Below are positions 1 through 10,278 of a stretch of DNA of 64,000 nt, piece by piece (the stretch's first letter is position 1; each line of letters starts with the position of its first letter). The position numbers and the translations under genes were made by a program. Under the pieces are notes generated by a model. The model saw only the letters and a program-made list of their open reading frames with translations, did not search any database and was not told where the DNA came from. Source of the DNA: OCS155 cluster bacterium AG-349-E07 (GTDB lineage Bacteria > Actinomycetota > Acidimicrobiia > Actinomarinales > Actinomarinaceae). The stretch lies in the NCBI GenBank assembly GCA_003281085.1, contig QCCZ01000001.1, positions 99,452 through 163,451 of the forward strand, given 5' to 3'.

Positions 1-23
1 ATGGTTATATTTTTGCTATATTA

Positions 24-662
24 ATGGCTATTTCGCTAAGAAATTTAGCAAAAAGAAAAAGTATTAATCTAAACATTGCTCTGCTTGCTGTCATAACTTT
101 TTTTAAATTGCAATACTTAATTGTTATATTTTTATTCCTATTGTTGCAAAAAGTAAGCTTTAAAAATCTGCTTTCTTTCTTACTAAAAATTTCTGTATTT
201 TATACAGTCTATTTTGGAATACAAGCTATATTTTTTAGAAATTCATTAATTGACTATCTTTATCTGATGTTTAATGGATATCTTACTAATGAATTAACAT
301 TTGAAGCTGGTATTACAAATCCTGTGGTTTCACAGTTTATTTCAAGATTTTTTCAAGTTGAATTAAATATAAGTCTATTTTTTATTTTTGGAATTGTTTT
401 ATATGGTTTTTATTCCTTTAATAATAGAAATTCAAAATTTTTAATTGGAACTAGTCTATTTAATAGAAATAAAAGTTACGATTCAAACTACTTACTAACA
501 GCAGTAGAAAAAAAATTTGTAACGGAGTTTATTTTTGCATTTTGCTTCGTACCAAATATTTTATTTGTAATTGGAAGCAGTTTTAGTTTAGGTCCTTTAA
601 GTGAATTGTTATATGTACCTAGCCTTTTATATGTCGTAATGTTGTCTAACAAAAGAAGCTAG
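24..662 (+). CDS. Hypothetical multi-pass membrane protein (may start upstream of the window)
   Basis: Hydrophobic ORF with several TM-like segments; no recognisable motif. Confidence 0.5.
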   Translation: MAISLRNLAKRKSINLNIALLAVITFFKLQYLIVIFLFLLLQKVSFKNLLSFLLKISVFYTVYFGIQAIFFRNSLIDYLYLMFNGYLTNELTFEAGITNPVVSQFISRFFQVELNISLFFIFGIVLYGFYSFNNRNSKFLIGTSLFNRNKSYDSNYLLTAVEKKFVTEFIFAFCFVPNILFVIGSSFSLGPLSELLYVPSLLYVVMLSNKRS

Positions 663-675
663 TATATAAATTACA

Positions 676-2307
676 ATGATTGAAGAAATTTTAGACTTGA
701 AAACAATTAACAAAGGTTCTGAAATTAGCTATATATTTAATTTTTCAAAAATTGATAAAGTACACTTACAATCACCTTCATTAATAAAAATAAAAAAAAG
801 AGAAGATCGTCTGAAGCATTTTAGAAATTTGAACAAAATTTTTGAAAAAAATAAATATATTAATCAAGTGGAACTAACAGAAAGTGGATTTATTAATTTA
901 ACACTTCATTTATCTGAAGTGTTAATTTACCTACAAAAATCCGAAGATGAAGTATTAGAAACAATAAAAGACACTGAGCCTAAAAAATATATTCTTGATT
1001 ATGGTGGACCAAATATTGGAAAAAGCATGCATGTAGGTCATTTAAGACCATTGAATATCGGTAGAGCTTTATATAATATTTATAAAATTTCAGGAAATAC
1101 CTGTATATCAGATATACATCTTGGTGATTGGGGTATACCAATTTCTCAAATATTAACTTACTGCTACGAAAATAAAATTGAAATTAACAATTTAAGCGAT
1201 AAAGATCTTCAAGAAATCTATCCAAAAGCGAGTAAATTAGCATCTGAAAATCTTGAGTTTAAAAAAAAAGTTGCTGAAAATTTATCAAAATTAAATAAAA
1301 AAAATCAGAATCTATATAATGATTGGCAAATTGTCTCTAATACAACTATTCAAAGTATAAAAAATTTACTTTTAAAACTTAATCATAAATTTGATTTGTT
1401 TTATGGAGAAAGTACAGTTGTAGATTTAATTCCTGAAATGATTGATAATCTTAAAAATAATAATTTAGTTACGTTAGATAATGGTGCATTAATTTCAAAG
1501 CAAAAAGCCGACCCTCCAGTTTTAATTCTAAAAAGTGATTCTACATATTTATATATGACAACAGACTTGGCTACCGTATTAGACAGAGAGCAAAATATAT
1601 CTCCAGATGAATACTTTTACATCGTAGACAGTAGGCAAAGTGAACATTTTAAACAACTGTTTTTAAGTGTTAAGTACTTTAATTTCTCGAAATCAAATTT
1701 TACGCATATAGGATTTGGAACTATAAATGACACTGAAGGGAAGCCTTTCAAAACTAGACAAGGTGACGTTTACCCTCTTGAAGATTTATGGAATGATATT
1801 TATCAAATACTTATAAAGAAAAATAACAAAACTAATGCTCATGTGCTTACCAATTCGGTCTTAGTCTTTTCAGACTTATTAATTGATAGAAGCTCAAATT
1901 ATAAATTTGATATCGAAAAATTTACGAATACCGAGGGTAAAACTGCAATTTACATTCAGTACACAAGAGTAAGAATTAAAAGTATATTAAAAAACTTAAA
2001 CAAAATAGAATATTTTGATAAATTTGACAAAACGAAATTAACTGACGCAGAGATAAACTTAATCTTATCAATTTTAAAGTTTTCTGATACTTTTAAAAGA
2101 TCAAAAAAAAACAATGAGCCACATCATCTTGCAGAGTATCTGTATGAACTTTGCCAAAGATTTAATTCGTTTTACAAAGAATCAAGAATTTTAGATGAAG
2201 CAAATATATACCTGCAAAATAGAAGACTTAATATCTTGATTGTATGTTTAAAAATAATTGAAATTATTTTTAATATCCTTGGAATTGAAACAGTTGAAGA
2301 AATGTAA
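676..2307 (+). CDS. argS: Arginine--tRNA ligase
   Basis: DYGGPNIGKSMHVGHLR (HIGH), HLGDWG, LKSDSTYLYMTTDLA, FKTRQG, YIQY, C-terminal LGIETVEEM. Confidence 0.97.
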   Translation: MIEEILDLKTINKGSEISYIFNFSKIDKVHLQSPSLIKIKKREDRLKHFRNLNKIFEKNKYINQVELTESGFINLTLHLSEVLIYLQKSEDEVLETIKDTEPKKYILDYGGPNIGKSMHVGHLRPLNIGRALYNIYKISGNTCISDIHLGDWGIPISQILTYCYENKIEINNLSDKDLQEIYPKASKLASENLEFKKKVAENLSKLNKKNQNLYNDWQIVSNTTIQSIKNLLLKLNHKFDLFYGESTVVDLIPEMIDNLKNNNLVTLDNGALISKQKADPPVLILKSDSTYLYMTTDLATVLDREQNISPDEYFYIVDSRQSEHFKQLFLSVKYFNFSKSNFTHIGFGTINDTEGKPFKTRQGDVYPLEDLWNDIYQILIKKNNKTNAHVLTNSVLVFSDLLIDRSSNYKFDIEKFTNTEGKTAIYIQYTRVRIKSILKNLNKIEYFDKFDKTKLTDAEINLILSILKFSDTFKRSKKNNEPHHLAEYLYELCQRFNSFYKESRILDEANIYLQNRRLNILIVCLKIIEIIFNILGIETVEEM

Positions 2308-2309
2308 AC

Positions 2310-2843
2310 TTAGACAAAGAACAAAGTACCGAATATCCAAATAATTAATATCAAACTAAAACCGAAGTTATCAAAAAAGTTATATCTCGAAGCTAAGTAA
2401 TTTAAAATAAATAAAGAAATAGGAACAATAATAAATCCGGCAAAAGAAGTTGCTTTAAATAAATCTCCAACTTCTTGGAAAATACTTAGAGAGTTTGGAA
2501 TAGAAATTTGGAATAGGATAAGGAATATTATAGAAATTAAAATTGTAAATAAAATATTTGATATGAGTTCAATAAAAGTTTTATTTACCAATTTAAAAAA
2601 ATTAAGAAATTCAATAGGAAAAAATAATACAAATAATGAGGCAAAGAATAAGATTAAAGCCCAGAAAAGTCCTTGACCAGACCAAGATGATAAACTATTC
2701 GAGGAATATCCAAAGCTTTCTAACATTAAATAAACTGAGAACCCTAGCAAACATGTTCCAATAGTAAATAAATATAGAGAAAGTATCGACCTAATTTGAC
2801 TCAAATTAACAAAATTGAAATTTAAAGATTTTTGATTTTGCAT
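2310..2843 (-). CDS. Hypothetical membrane protein
   Basis: About 5 hydrophobic segments, fills the gap between genes. Confidence 0.7.
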   Translation of the reverse strand: MQNQKSLNFNFVNLSQIRSILSLYLFTIGTCLLGFSVYLMLESFGYSSNSLSSWSGQGLFWALILFFASLFVLFFPIEFLNFFKLVNKTFIELISNILFTILISIIFLILFQISIPNSLSIFQEVGDLFKATSFAGFIIVPISLFILNYLASRYNFFDNFGFSLILIIWIFGTLFFV

Positions 2844-2888
2844 ACAGACATATAATAACGTTTATTTTCTATTAAAATAATTTTAACT

Positions 2889-3131
2889 ATGGAATTTTTA
2901 GATACTCCAAATCCAAATGCAAAAAAAATATTAATAGATCATGATTTAGAAACTTCTGTATATTTAAATGATAGTAGCTCGACTACATCTTCAGAGATTT
3001 CTATCTTGTTAAAAACTTCGGGTATAAAAAATATATTCACTGGCCCCGGATTTGTCACAATTACAAAAAATGATTCCATTACTTGGGATGACATAATCCA
3101 AGACTTTAATAGCAAGTTTGATAGTATATAG
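2889..3131 (+). CDS. NifU/Nfu N-terminal domain protein
   Basis: TPNPNAKK...GIKNIF...FVTITK...W pattern of the Nfu_N domain. Confidence 0.85.
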   Translation: MEFLDTPNPNAKKILIDHDLETSVYLNDSSSTTSSEISILLKTSGIKNIFTGPGFVTITKNDSITWDDIIQDFNSKFDSI

Positions 3132-3133
3132 TT

Positions 3134-3745
3134 ATGCAAAACTTTAATCCTGACCCAAAACCTGGGAGATTAATACTTCCTCTTGTTTTAATTGGTATGA
3201 TAGCCACAACTTACACATTTATAAATAGAGTTGCTACTCAAAATGATTTGGAACTATTGGAGTCTGAGGAAGTTGCAGAGACAGTTTCCACAGAACCAGA
3301 TGAAGAAACAACAACCTCTACTTCAACCACAACTACAATTCCTGAAGATGTTGTTAAGTATCTTGAAGAAATTACGGGAGAAAAAATTCAAGCAATTGAA
3401 TTAGGTAAAAAAGTCTTAGAAACTAATCAACGTTGGGATGATAAAACTACTACATATCAAGAAGCTCAGCAAGAGTTTCAAGAATTTATTGATGATTTTG
3501 CAGATTTTGTTAATGTTTTTACAGAACCTGGACCACCAGTTGTTCAGTCTAATTTGAGCTCAAGCCATGATGAATTAGTAATACTCGTAAATCTGTTGTA
3601 TGACGATACTCAAGAATTGCTCGAGGGTTTGACCGCTCCCGATACAGGCGAAAGAAGAAACGCAGCATTAGAGTCTTTTAATAGTAATTTAGATTTATTT
3701 ATTGAAAGAATTGAGCAAGTTGTTGCCTCAGCAACTTCTAGCTAG
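3134..3745 (+). CDS. Membrane-anchored acidic hypothetical protein with Thr-rich linker
   Basis: N-terminal TM, TTTSTSTTTT linker, helical acidic C-terminal domain. Confidence 0.75.
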   Translation: MQNFNPDPKPGRLILPLVLIGMIATTYTFINRVATQNDLELLESEEVAETVSTEPDEETTTSTSTTTTIPEDVVKYLEEITGEKIQAIELGKKVLETNQRWDDKTTTYQEAQQEFQEFIDDFADFVNVFTEPGPPVVQSNLSSSHDELVILVNLLYDDTQELLEGLTAPDTGERRNAALESFNSNLDLFIERIEQVVASATSS

Positions 3746-4766
3746 AAGCTGCTGAACAAACTGTGTCAATCATCAACATTGCAATAACGTAAGGGTCTCC
3801 ATTAGCATTGGGTCTTCTGTCCTCTAGATAGCCTTTTTTATCTACTTCAACTTGCCAAGGAATCCTTATTGAAGCACCTCTATCACTGACTCCATAAGAA
3901 AAAGTATCAAAACTTTGAGTTTCATGATCTCCAGTAAGTCGATCTTCAATATTTGCACCATAGTTTTTTACATGCAAATCTGCATTTTTACCCAGAGCTT
4001 CGCATCCTGCAATAATGGCTTCATAGCCTCCATCTTCTCTCATCTGTTTTGTTGAGAAGTTTGTGTGCATACCCGCACCATTCCAATCACCCTTTACAGG
4101 TTTTGGATTTAAAGTTGCAGAAATATTCCAATCTTCAGCAATTCTATAAAGTAACCATCTTGCAACCCATATGTGATCACCAATATCTGGTGCTCCGACT
4201 GGACCTATTTGAAACTCCCACTGTCCTGGCATAACTTCTGCATTTGTTCCAGAAATTCCTAAGCCTGCTTCTATACAAGCTGTTGCGTGTGCTTCTGAAA
4301 TTTCACGTCCATACACTTCGTCTGCTCCAACTCCACAATAATAACCTCCTTGAGGAGCCGGATAACCTGATGGAGGGAAACCAAGAGGTTGTCCATATTT
4401 AAGAGAATCATAAGACTGCTCATAAAATGTGTACTCTTGTTCCATACCGAACCAAGGCTCAAATTCACTAAAATTTGAAGCTGATTCTACTAAAGCTGCC
4501 CTTGTATTTGAAGCATGTGGAGTCATGTCTACATTCATAACTTCACACATTACTAATATATTGTCTCCACCTCTAACTGGGTCTGGAAATTGAGCAACTG
4601 GTTTTAATACGCAATCAGATTGGTCACCTGTAGCTTGTTGTGTACTTGAACCATCAAAGCCCCAAATTGGAGGCTCTGTTCCTTGTTCTATTATCTTTGT
4701 TTTACTCCTTAGTTTTGCGGTCGGAGTTAGACCGTCAATCCATATATATTCTGCTTTTATCTTCAT
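3738..4766 (-). CDS. glnII: Glutamine synthetase type II
   Basis: AEYIWIDG, WGFDGSST, NAEVMPGQWEFQIGP, GDWNGAGMHTNFST, YLEDRRP; ~342 aa GSII size; start placed at MKIKAEY (TACATT-6nt-ATG). Confidence 0.95.
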   Translation of the reverse strand: MKIKAEYIWIDGLTPTAKLRSKTKIIEQGTEPPIWGFDGSSTQQATGDQSDCVLKPVAQFPDPVRGGDNILVMCEVMNVDMTPHASNTRAALVESASNFSEFEPWFGMEQEYTFYEQSYDSLKYGQPLGFPPSGYPAPQGGYYCGVGADEVYGREISEAHATACIEAGLGISGTNAEVMPGQWEFQIGPVGAPDIGDHIWVARWLLYRIAEDWNISATLNPKPVKGDWNGAGMHTNFSTKQMREDGGYEAIIAGCEALGKNADLHVKNYGANIEDRLTGDHETQSFDTFSYGVSDRGASIRIPWQVEVDKKGYLEDRRPNANGDPYVIAMLMIDTVCSAASS

Positions 4767-4799
4767 GAAAATAATGTAATATGTATTCAAAGAAATGTT

Positions 4800-4826
4800 G
4801 TTACAGAAATATTAAATAATTGTTTC
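4800..4826. promoter_or_regulatory. Putative GlnR-binding boxes between divergent glnII and glnR
   Basis: Minus strand GAAAC-n6-TTAAT-n6-GTAAC, 11-nt periodic, resembling the GTNAC/GAAAC GlnR half-sites. Confidence 0.45.
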
Positions 4827-4830
4827 CAAA

Positions 4831-5460
4831 ATGATAGATAGTTACATAAATATAGATAAAAGCCATAAAAGCTTTGATAAAACCTTTGTAGATCTTGGGC
4901 TTAATAAACTCGTGCTAAAAAATATAACTAAATCAAATCAAATTAACTTAGTAGTTACATCGCTAGCTAAATATGGTGAAACAAAAAAGAATCTATCAGA
5001 CTTTGAATCTACGAACAAATCTTTCCCAACATTAATTATTGTTGACGACAAAGATTTTGAACAAACAATAGATTTAATTCAAAACCCTCTAATTGAGCTT
5101 ATGTCTAGTAAAAGTGAGATTGAAGAAGTAGGTGCTAGAATTCATGCTTTAGTAGGTGACAGTGAATCAGAAATACTTGAGTTCAAAGATCTCTTAATAA
5201 ACTTGAAAACTTATGATGCAAAAGCTGGAGATAGCTTGTTGGATTTAACATTTATGGAGTACGAACTACTTAAATTTTTTGTTGAAAATCAAGATAATGT
5301 TTGGTCAAGAGAACAGCTTTTAGAAAAAGTATGGGGTTATGACTATTTTGGCGGCGCTAGGACCGTGGATGTTCACGTCAGAAGGCTAAGGGCAAAACTA
5401 GGTGATAAAAGACAAGATTGGATAAAGACTGTTCACTCAGTTGGATATAAATTTAACTAA
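4831..5460 (+). CDS. glnR: GlnR-like OmpR-family nitrogen regulator with degenerate receiver domain
   Basis: DLTFMEYELLKF...VWGYDYFGGARTVDVHVRRLRAKLG, typical of the actinobacterial GlnR winged helix; adjacent to GS. Confidence 0.8.
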   Translation: MIDSYINIDKSHKSFDKTFVDLGLNKLVLKNITKSNQINLVVTSLAKYGETKKNLSDFESTNKSFPTLIIVDDKDFEQTIDLIQNPLIELMSSKSEIEEVGARIHALVGDSESEILEFKDLLINLKTYDAKAGDSLLDLTFMEYELLKFFVENQDNVWSREQLLEKVWGYDYFGGARTVDVHVRRLRAKLGDKRQDWIKTVHSVGYKFN

Positions 5461-5800
5461 AACTGTTACCGCAGCCACAAGTTCTGGAGACATTTGGATT
5501 ATCAATAGAGAAACCGGATTCCATCAATCCTTCTTTGTAATCTAGGGTTGCACCTTTAACATGTTCCAAGCTTTGACCATCAACTACGATGTTTACTCCA
5601 TCATATTCTTCAATAACATCGCCATCGAACTTATCAGTATCAAAGAACATTTCGTATGAAAAACCTGAGCAGCCCCCTGGTTTAACACCCATTCGAAGAA
5701 AACTATCGTCGGAAGATTCCTCAGATTTTAGTTCCTTAAGCTTTTTTACAGCACTATCTGTTGCAAGAATTGCACGAGAAGATTTTATTTGTATATCCAT
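5453..5800 (-). CDS. A-type Fe-S cluster insertion protein (IscA/ErpA/HesB family)
   Basis: GGCSGFSY and TCGCGNSF motifs. Confidence 0.95.
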   Translation of the reverse strand: MDIQIKSSRAILATDSAVKKLKELKSEESSDDSFLRMGVKPGGCSGFSYEMFFDTDKFDGDVIEEYDGVNIVVDGQSLEHVKGATLDYKEGLMESGFSIDNPNVSRTCGCGNSFS

Positions 5801-5877
5801 AAAATAATTATACCAAACATCCAGTTATTCAATAAATTTGTAATTACATCTTTTTGAAAACTCCTTAGAATACTGTT

Positions 5878-7005
5878 ATGACCCAAAGTGATATTCTTTT
5901 AAAACATCTCTCAACTGTATTTGACCCTGAATTAGGGGCGAATATCGTTGAATTAGGGATGGTTAAAGATGTTCAGCATGTAGATAAAACAGTAACAATC
6001 AAATTAGCTCTGACAATAGCTGACTGTCCAATGAGGAATCAAATAGAAACAGAAATCAATAGAAAACTAAAGCTTTTGGAAAATGTTGAAACAGTAGAGA
6101 TAGAAATCACTGCAATGGATCAAAAAGATCGAACTGCTGTTATGGAAAAAGCAAGAGAAAAAGCTAGGGAAAATGCTCAACCAACAAATGTTGATCCTAG
6201 AACTAGAGTGATTGCTATTGGAAGTGGAAAAGGTGGAGTAGGGAAATCAACTTTATCTGCAAATATTGCATTAGGTTTAGCAAAAAAAGGATTTCAAACT
6301 GGACTGTTAGATGCAGATATTTGGGGATTCTCAATACCAAGGCTGTTAGGAATAACTGGAAGAATTGAAGCAAATAGTGACAAAAAAATGATTCCTTATG
6401 AGATTGGAAATTTAAAAGTAATCTCAACTGGTCTCATAACAAGCGATGAAGATACTGCATTGATGTGGAGAGGCCTTATGTTAAGTAAAGCACTTGAACA
6501 ATTCTTAACTGACGTGGAATGGGGAGATTTAGATTATCTGATAATTGACCTACCGCCTGGTACAGGAGATATACAAATGGCTCTAAGTAGATTACTTCCA
6601 CAAGCTGAGCTAATTGTTGTTACAACTCCACAATTAATGGCACAAAAAGTTGCAACAAGAGTTGCCGATATGGCAAAGAGAAGTTTCATCCCTCTGTTGG
6701 GAGTAATTGAAAATATGTCATACTTTGAATCAGACACTGGAGAAAAATATAATATTTTTGGTGAGGGTGGAGGTGAAGCTTTGTCGGATAAATTTGGAAT
6801 ACCTCTCTTAGGAAAAGTTCCTATTAGTGAAAACACAAATAATGTAGCAGACAGTGGAACTCCATTAATTGATCAAAATAATTCTATTACGAAAGTAGAG
6901 ATAGAAAAATTAATAAACAATATTGCTATCCAACTTCCTCCAATTATTGATGAAACATGTACTGGAAGACTAGCAAAAGTTTTTGAGGAACTTTCAAATC
7001 AATGA
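5878..7005 (+). CDS. mrp: Mrp/NBP35 (ApbC) Fe-S carrier ATPase with N-terminal FeS_assembly_P domain
   Basis: DPELGANIVELGMV, CP, GSGKGGVGKS, DLPPGTGD, GVIENMS. Confidence 0.95.
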   Translation: MTQSDILLKHLSTVFDPELGANIVELGMVKDVQHVDKTVTIKLALTIADCPMRNQIETEINRKLKLLENVETVEIEITAMDQKDRTAVMEKAREKARENAQPTNVDPRTRVIAIGSGKGGVGKSTLSANIALGLAKKGFQTGLLDADIWGFSIPRLLGITGRIEANSDKKMIPYEIGNLKVISTGLITSDEDTALMWRGLMLSKALEQFLTDVEWGDLDYLIIDLPPGTGDIQMALSRLLPQAELIVVTTPQLMAQKVATRVADMAKRSFIPLLGVIENMSYFESDTGEKYNIFGEGGGEALSDKFGIPLLGKVPISENTNNVADSGTPLIDQNNSITKVEIEKLINNIAIQLPPIIDETCTGRLAKVFEELSNQ

Positions 7006-8297
7006 ACCCTATTTCTGTTAATGAATTAACTGAATCAGTAAACTCTAATTTACCAAGAGATATAAAATCTACGATTGCAAAAAATATACTTTCAGAGGAA
7101 AAAGACTCTGATGTTGCAAAAAATATATTCTCTGAAATTATAAATGATTTAAGTTCAAAAACTCAAAGAGAAGTTGTAAATGCAACTGGTACTGTACTAC
7201 ATACAAACTTAGGTCGTTCTCCAAATAACATAAGCTTTCCTGGAAGTTATACAAATATTGAATACGATTTAAAGACTTTATCTAGAGGAAAAAGAAATGA
7301 ATACCTATCTGTACTTATGAATAACCTTATAGAATCTCAGGATATTGCTTTTGTAAACAACAATGCCTCTTCTCTTTTTCTCTCATTAAAAGCCATTTCT
7401 AAGTCACATAATATTCAAAATGTAATTATTTCTAGAGGTGAAATTATAGAAATTGGAGGCTCATATAGGCTTCCTGAAATAATCAATGAGACTGGTTTAG
7501 ACCTTGTAGAGATAGGCACAACAAACAAGACTAAATTGAGTGATTACAGAAAAGCATTAGAAAAGTACCCAAATTCTTTGATATTAAAAGTTCACAGGTC
7601 AAATTTCTCAATCAAGGGTTTTACAGAGGATGTTTCAATTGAAGAACTCGCTGAATTAAAAAATAAATTTGACGTTTTTCTTTTTCATGACTTGGGGAGT
7701 GGTTTAGTAATTGATAAGAAATTTTTAGAAATTAATAATATAAGTATCTTCAAAGATGAACCATTTGTGCAAGATTCACTTTCTGATGGTGCAAATTTAG
7801 TTATGTTTTCTGGAGACAAATTATTTGGGTCAGTTCAATCTGGAATGATTGCAGGAGATGACGACTTGGTTAATGAAATTAAAAACTACAGTTTGTTTAG
7901 AACTTATCGTTGCTCACCTATGACCTTATTTGAACTTCAAGAGACTGTACTTAAATATATAAATAAACAAGAAAAAGAGATACCTTTTTGGAATCTTATT
8001 ACACAACCTTATTCCTCCTTAGAAGATAGGTGTAAAAATTTGGCTAAATCTATTTCTTTTTCTACAAGCATAGAAAAAGGTGAAAGTGTAATTGGTGGAG
8101 GAACACTACCAGATGTCACTTTAGAATCACCTATCTTACTTATAAATAATGAAAAAACAGTAGATACTGTCAATCAGTTAATTAAAAACGATATCCCCAT
8201 AATTCCAAGAATTATTAAGGATCAAGTTTGTCTTGATTTAAGAAGTGTATTTCATAATCAAGATAACATAATTGTACAAGCATTAAATAATTCATGA
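7002..8297 (+). CDS. selA: L-seryl-tRNA(Sec) selenium transferase
   Basis: VNATGTVLHTNLGRS, VNNNA, SRGEIIEIGGSYRLP, LKVHRSNF, DLGSG, FSGDKL. Confidence 0.95.
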   Translation: MNPISVNELTESVNSNLPRDIKSTIAKNILSEEKDSDVAKNIFSEIINDLSSKTQREVVNATGTVLHTNLGRSPNNISFPGSYTNIEYDLKTLSRGKRNEYLSVLMNNLIESQDIAFVNNNASSLFLSLKAISKSHNIQNVIISRGEIIEIGGSYRLPEIINETGLDLVEIGTTNKTKLSDYRKALEKYPNSLILKVHRSNFSIKGFTEDVSIEELAELKNKFDVFLFHDLGSGLVIDKKFLEINNISIFKDEPFVQDSLSDGANLVMFSGDKLFGSVQSGMIAGDDDLVNEIKNYSLFRTYRCSPMTLFELQETVLKYINKQEKEIPFWNLITQPYSSLEDRCKNLAKSISFSTSIEKGESVIGGGTLPDVTLESPILLINNEKTVDTVNQLIKNDIPIIPRIIKDQVCLDLRSVFHNQDNIIVQALNNS

Positions 8298-9967
8298 CCG
8301 TACTTGCAACTGCAGGCCATGTAGATCATGGAAAATCAACTTTTGTAAATTTTTTAACAGGTCAAGAAACTGACAGATTAAAAGAAGAAAAAATCCGCGG
8401 ATTAACTATAAATCTTGGATATACCTATTTTGAATTTAAAAATAGAAGAATATCTATTGTTGATGTCCCTGGTCATGTTGACTACTTTAAAAACACCATT
8501 GCAGGATTTGCAAATGTCGACGGTATAATTTTTTGTATCGACTCTGTTCAGGGGTGGTCTAGACAATCAGAGGAACATTTTCAAGCAATTAGAAATCTGC
8601 AGATTAATAATATTTTTTTTGTACTAACAAAAACAGATTTACTAGATTCTCCAGTTGATAAAAGTTATCTTGAAAAAAAATTAAAAGATGAAAAAGAAAT
8701 AAATTACACAATTGATGAATTTACTTATAAAACTAGCGATCTTAAACTATTTCAAGAAAAAATAGTAAACTTCTTTAAGTCTGACTCATTTGAAAACCCA
8801 AATTCATTATGGATTGATCGTAGTTTTACCAAGGATGGAATTGGTAAAGTTATAACTGGTACTGCTTCTATGGCTTTTGATTTAGAAAATATGTATCTTG
8901 CTAGGACAAACAAATTATTAGAAGTAAAAGAAATACGAAATAGTGAAGATAAAGTTAAAAATATTACATCCACATCAAGAATTGCTATCTCTCTCAAGAA
9001 GGGTACTCAAGACGATATTAGTCGAGGCGATTTGTTAACGAATGGAGTTGTTTCTTCAGGTAAATATATTTTTGCAATTTTAAATGGAAATGATAATGGG
9101 TTTAAGAACAAAGGAAGCAATAGATTGTTTGTTGGGACAATAAATCAAATTGTCAAAAGATTAGAGATTATAAATGCTTCAGAAAAAATTTTAATATATA
9201 TAGAGCTACCAAATAAATTACCAATATTAGAAAACCAGAAAATATTAATTCAAAACATGGTGTCTAATGATTTCATAGGTGGAAAAATTGCATTTGTTTC
9301 GAATAATAATAATTTAGTTAAAACATTTTTCAGACAAGTTCGAAAAACTGAATTTATTGATGTAGAAAAAGCATTTACTCTTCTTTCAGAAAATCTAAAG
9401 GAAAATTCCAAAGATTATATAGATATAAGCAACAAATACATATCAAAAGATTATTTGGAACGTATGACCCAAAAAATTAAGGAAAATATAAAAACTATAA
9501 ATTCGGTTGGTGTTAAAAATTATTTCCATGATCAATTTTTCATAGAGGATAATTATATTGATGAATTAATAGATAAAATCGATGGGTTAAATATTATAAA
9601 TGACCAGTTATTTGTTGATAAAGAAACAGTTGTTGATTTAGAGGTTTACCAGAACGTTATCAAGGAGATGTCGACCGATCTATCAGTTAAACGTGTTGAT
9701 ATAGATAAGTTCAATAAAGAATCTATAAAAGAACTCTTTATGAACGAGTATCTATTTAGAGTTAATAAAAATATAATTATTGGAAAAGAGCATAAATCAG
9801 AGCTTGTTGAAATTCTGGAAAAATTACCTGATATTTTTGATGTATCCGAATTTAAAGAAGCTTCTAATTTATCCAGAAAGTATGCGATACCTTATTTGGA
9901 GTTTTTAGATAAATGTTTATATACTTCAAAAATTAATAGTTCAGGAAAAAGAAAAAAATTAGTTTGA
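8294..9967 (+). CDS. selB: Selenocysteine-specific elongation factor
   Basis: ATAGHVDHGKS, DRLKEEKIRGLTINLG, DVPGH, C-terminal SRKYAIPYLEFLD winged helix; ATGA overlap with selA. Confidence 0.93.
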   Translation: MTVLATAGHVDHGKSTFVNFLTGQETDRLKEEKIRGLTINLGYTYFEFKNRRISIVDVPGHVDYFKNTIAGFANVDGIIFCIDSVQGWSRQSEEHFQAIRNLQINNIFFVLTKTDLLDSPVDKSYLEKKLKDEKEINYTIDEFTYKTSDLKLFQEKIVNFFKSDSFENPNSLWIDRSFTKDGIGKVITGTASMAFDLENMYLARTNKLLEVKEIRNSEDKVKNITSTSRIAISLKKGTQDDISRGDLLTNGVVSSGKYIFAILNGNDNGFKNKGSNRLFVGTINQIVKRLEIINASEKILIYIELPNKLPILENQKILIQNMVSNDFIGGKIAFVSNNNNLVKTFFRQVRKTEFIDVEKAFTLLSENLKENSKDYIDISNKYISKDYLERMTQKIKENIKTINSVGVKNYFHDQFFIEDNYIDELIDKIDGLNIINDQLFVDKETVVDLEVYQNVIKEMSTDLSVKRVDIDKFNKESIKELFMNEYLFRVNKNIIIGKEHKSELVEILEKLPDIFDVSEFKEASNLSRKYAIPYLEFLDKCLYTSKINSSGKRKKLV

Positions 9968-10219
9968 TACGTAGAGGTTCTCTCGTTTTCTTTCAACTTC
10001 ATTTAAGCCACCCCATACACCAAATGGTTCTGAAATTTCATTTGCTTCATCCAAACATTCAATCTTTACAGGACAACCACTACAGACTGCTTTGGCTTTG
10101 GCTTCCCTTTTTTCTCTATCTTCTTTCTTTTCAAATGTAGCTGGCGGAAAAAAAAGATTGCTACTATGTTGTCTGCAAAGTGCATCGTATTGCCATGTAG
10201 AAACTTTTATTTGAAGCAT
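9959..10219 (-). CDS. whiB: WhiB-family Fe-S transcription factor (WhiB3/WhiD-like)
   Basis: Four Cys (ALC...VCSGCPV..EC), LFFP, GVWGGL. Confidence 0.93.
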   Translation of the reverse strand: MLQIKVSTWQYDALCRQHSSNLFFPPATFEKKEDREKREAKAKAVCSGCPVKIECLDEANEISEPFGVWGGLNEVERKRENLYVSN

Positions 10220-10278
10220 ATGTAAACAGTAATTAAAGATTCTATTGTGTAAAAAGATTTTTTTCGCGAAGTAATTAA

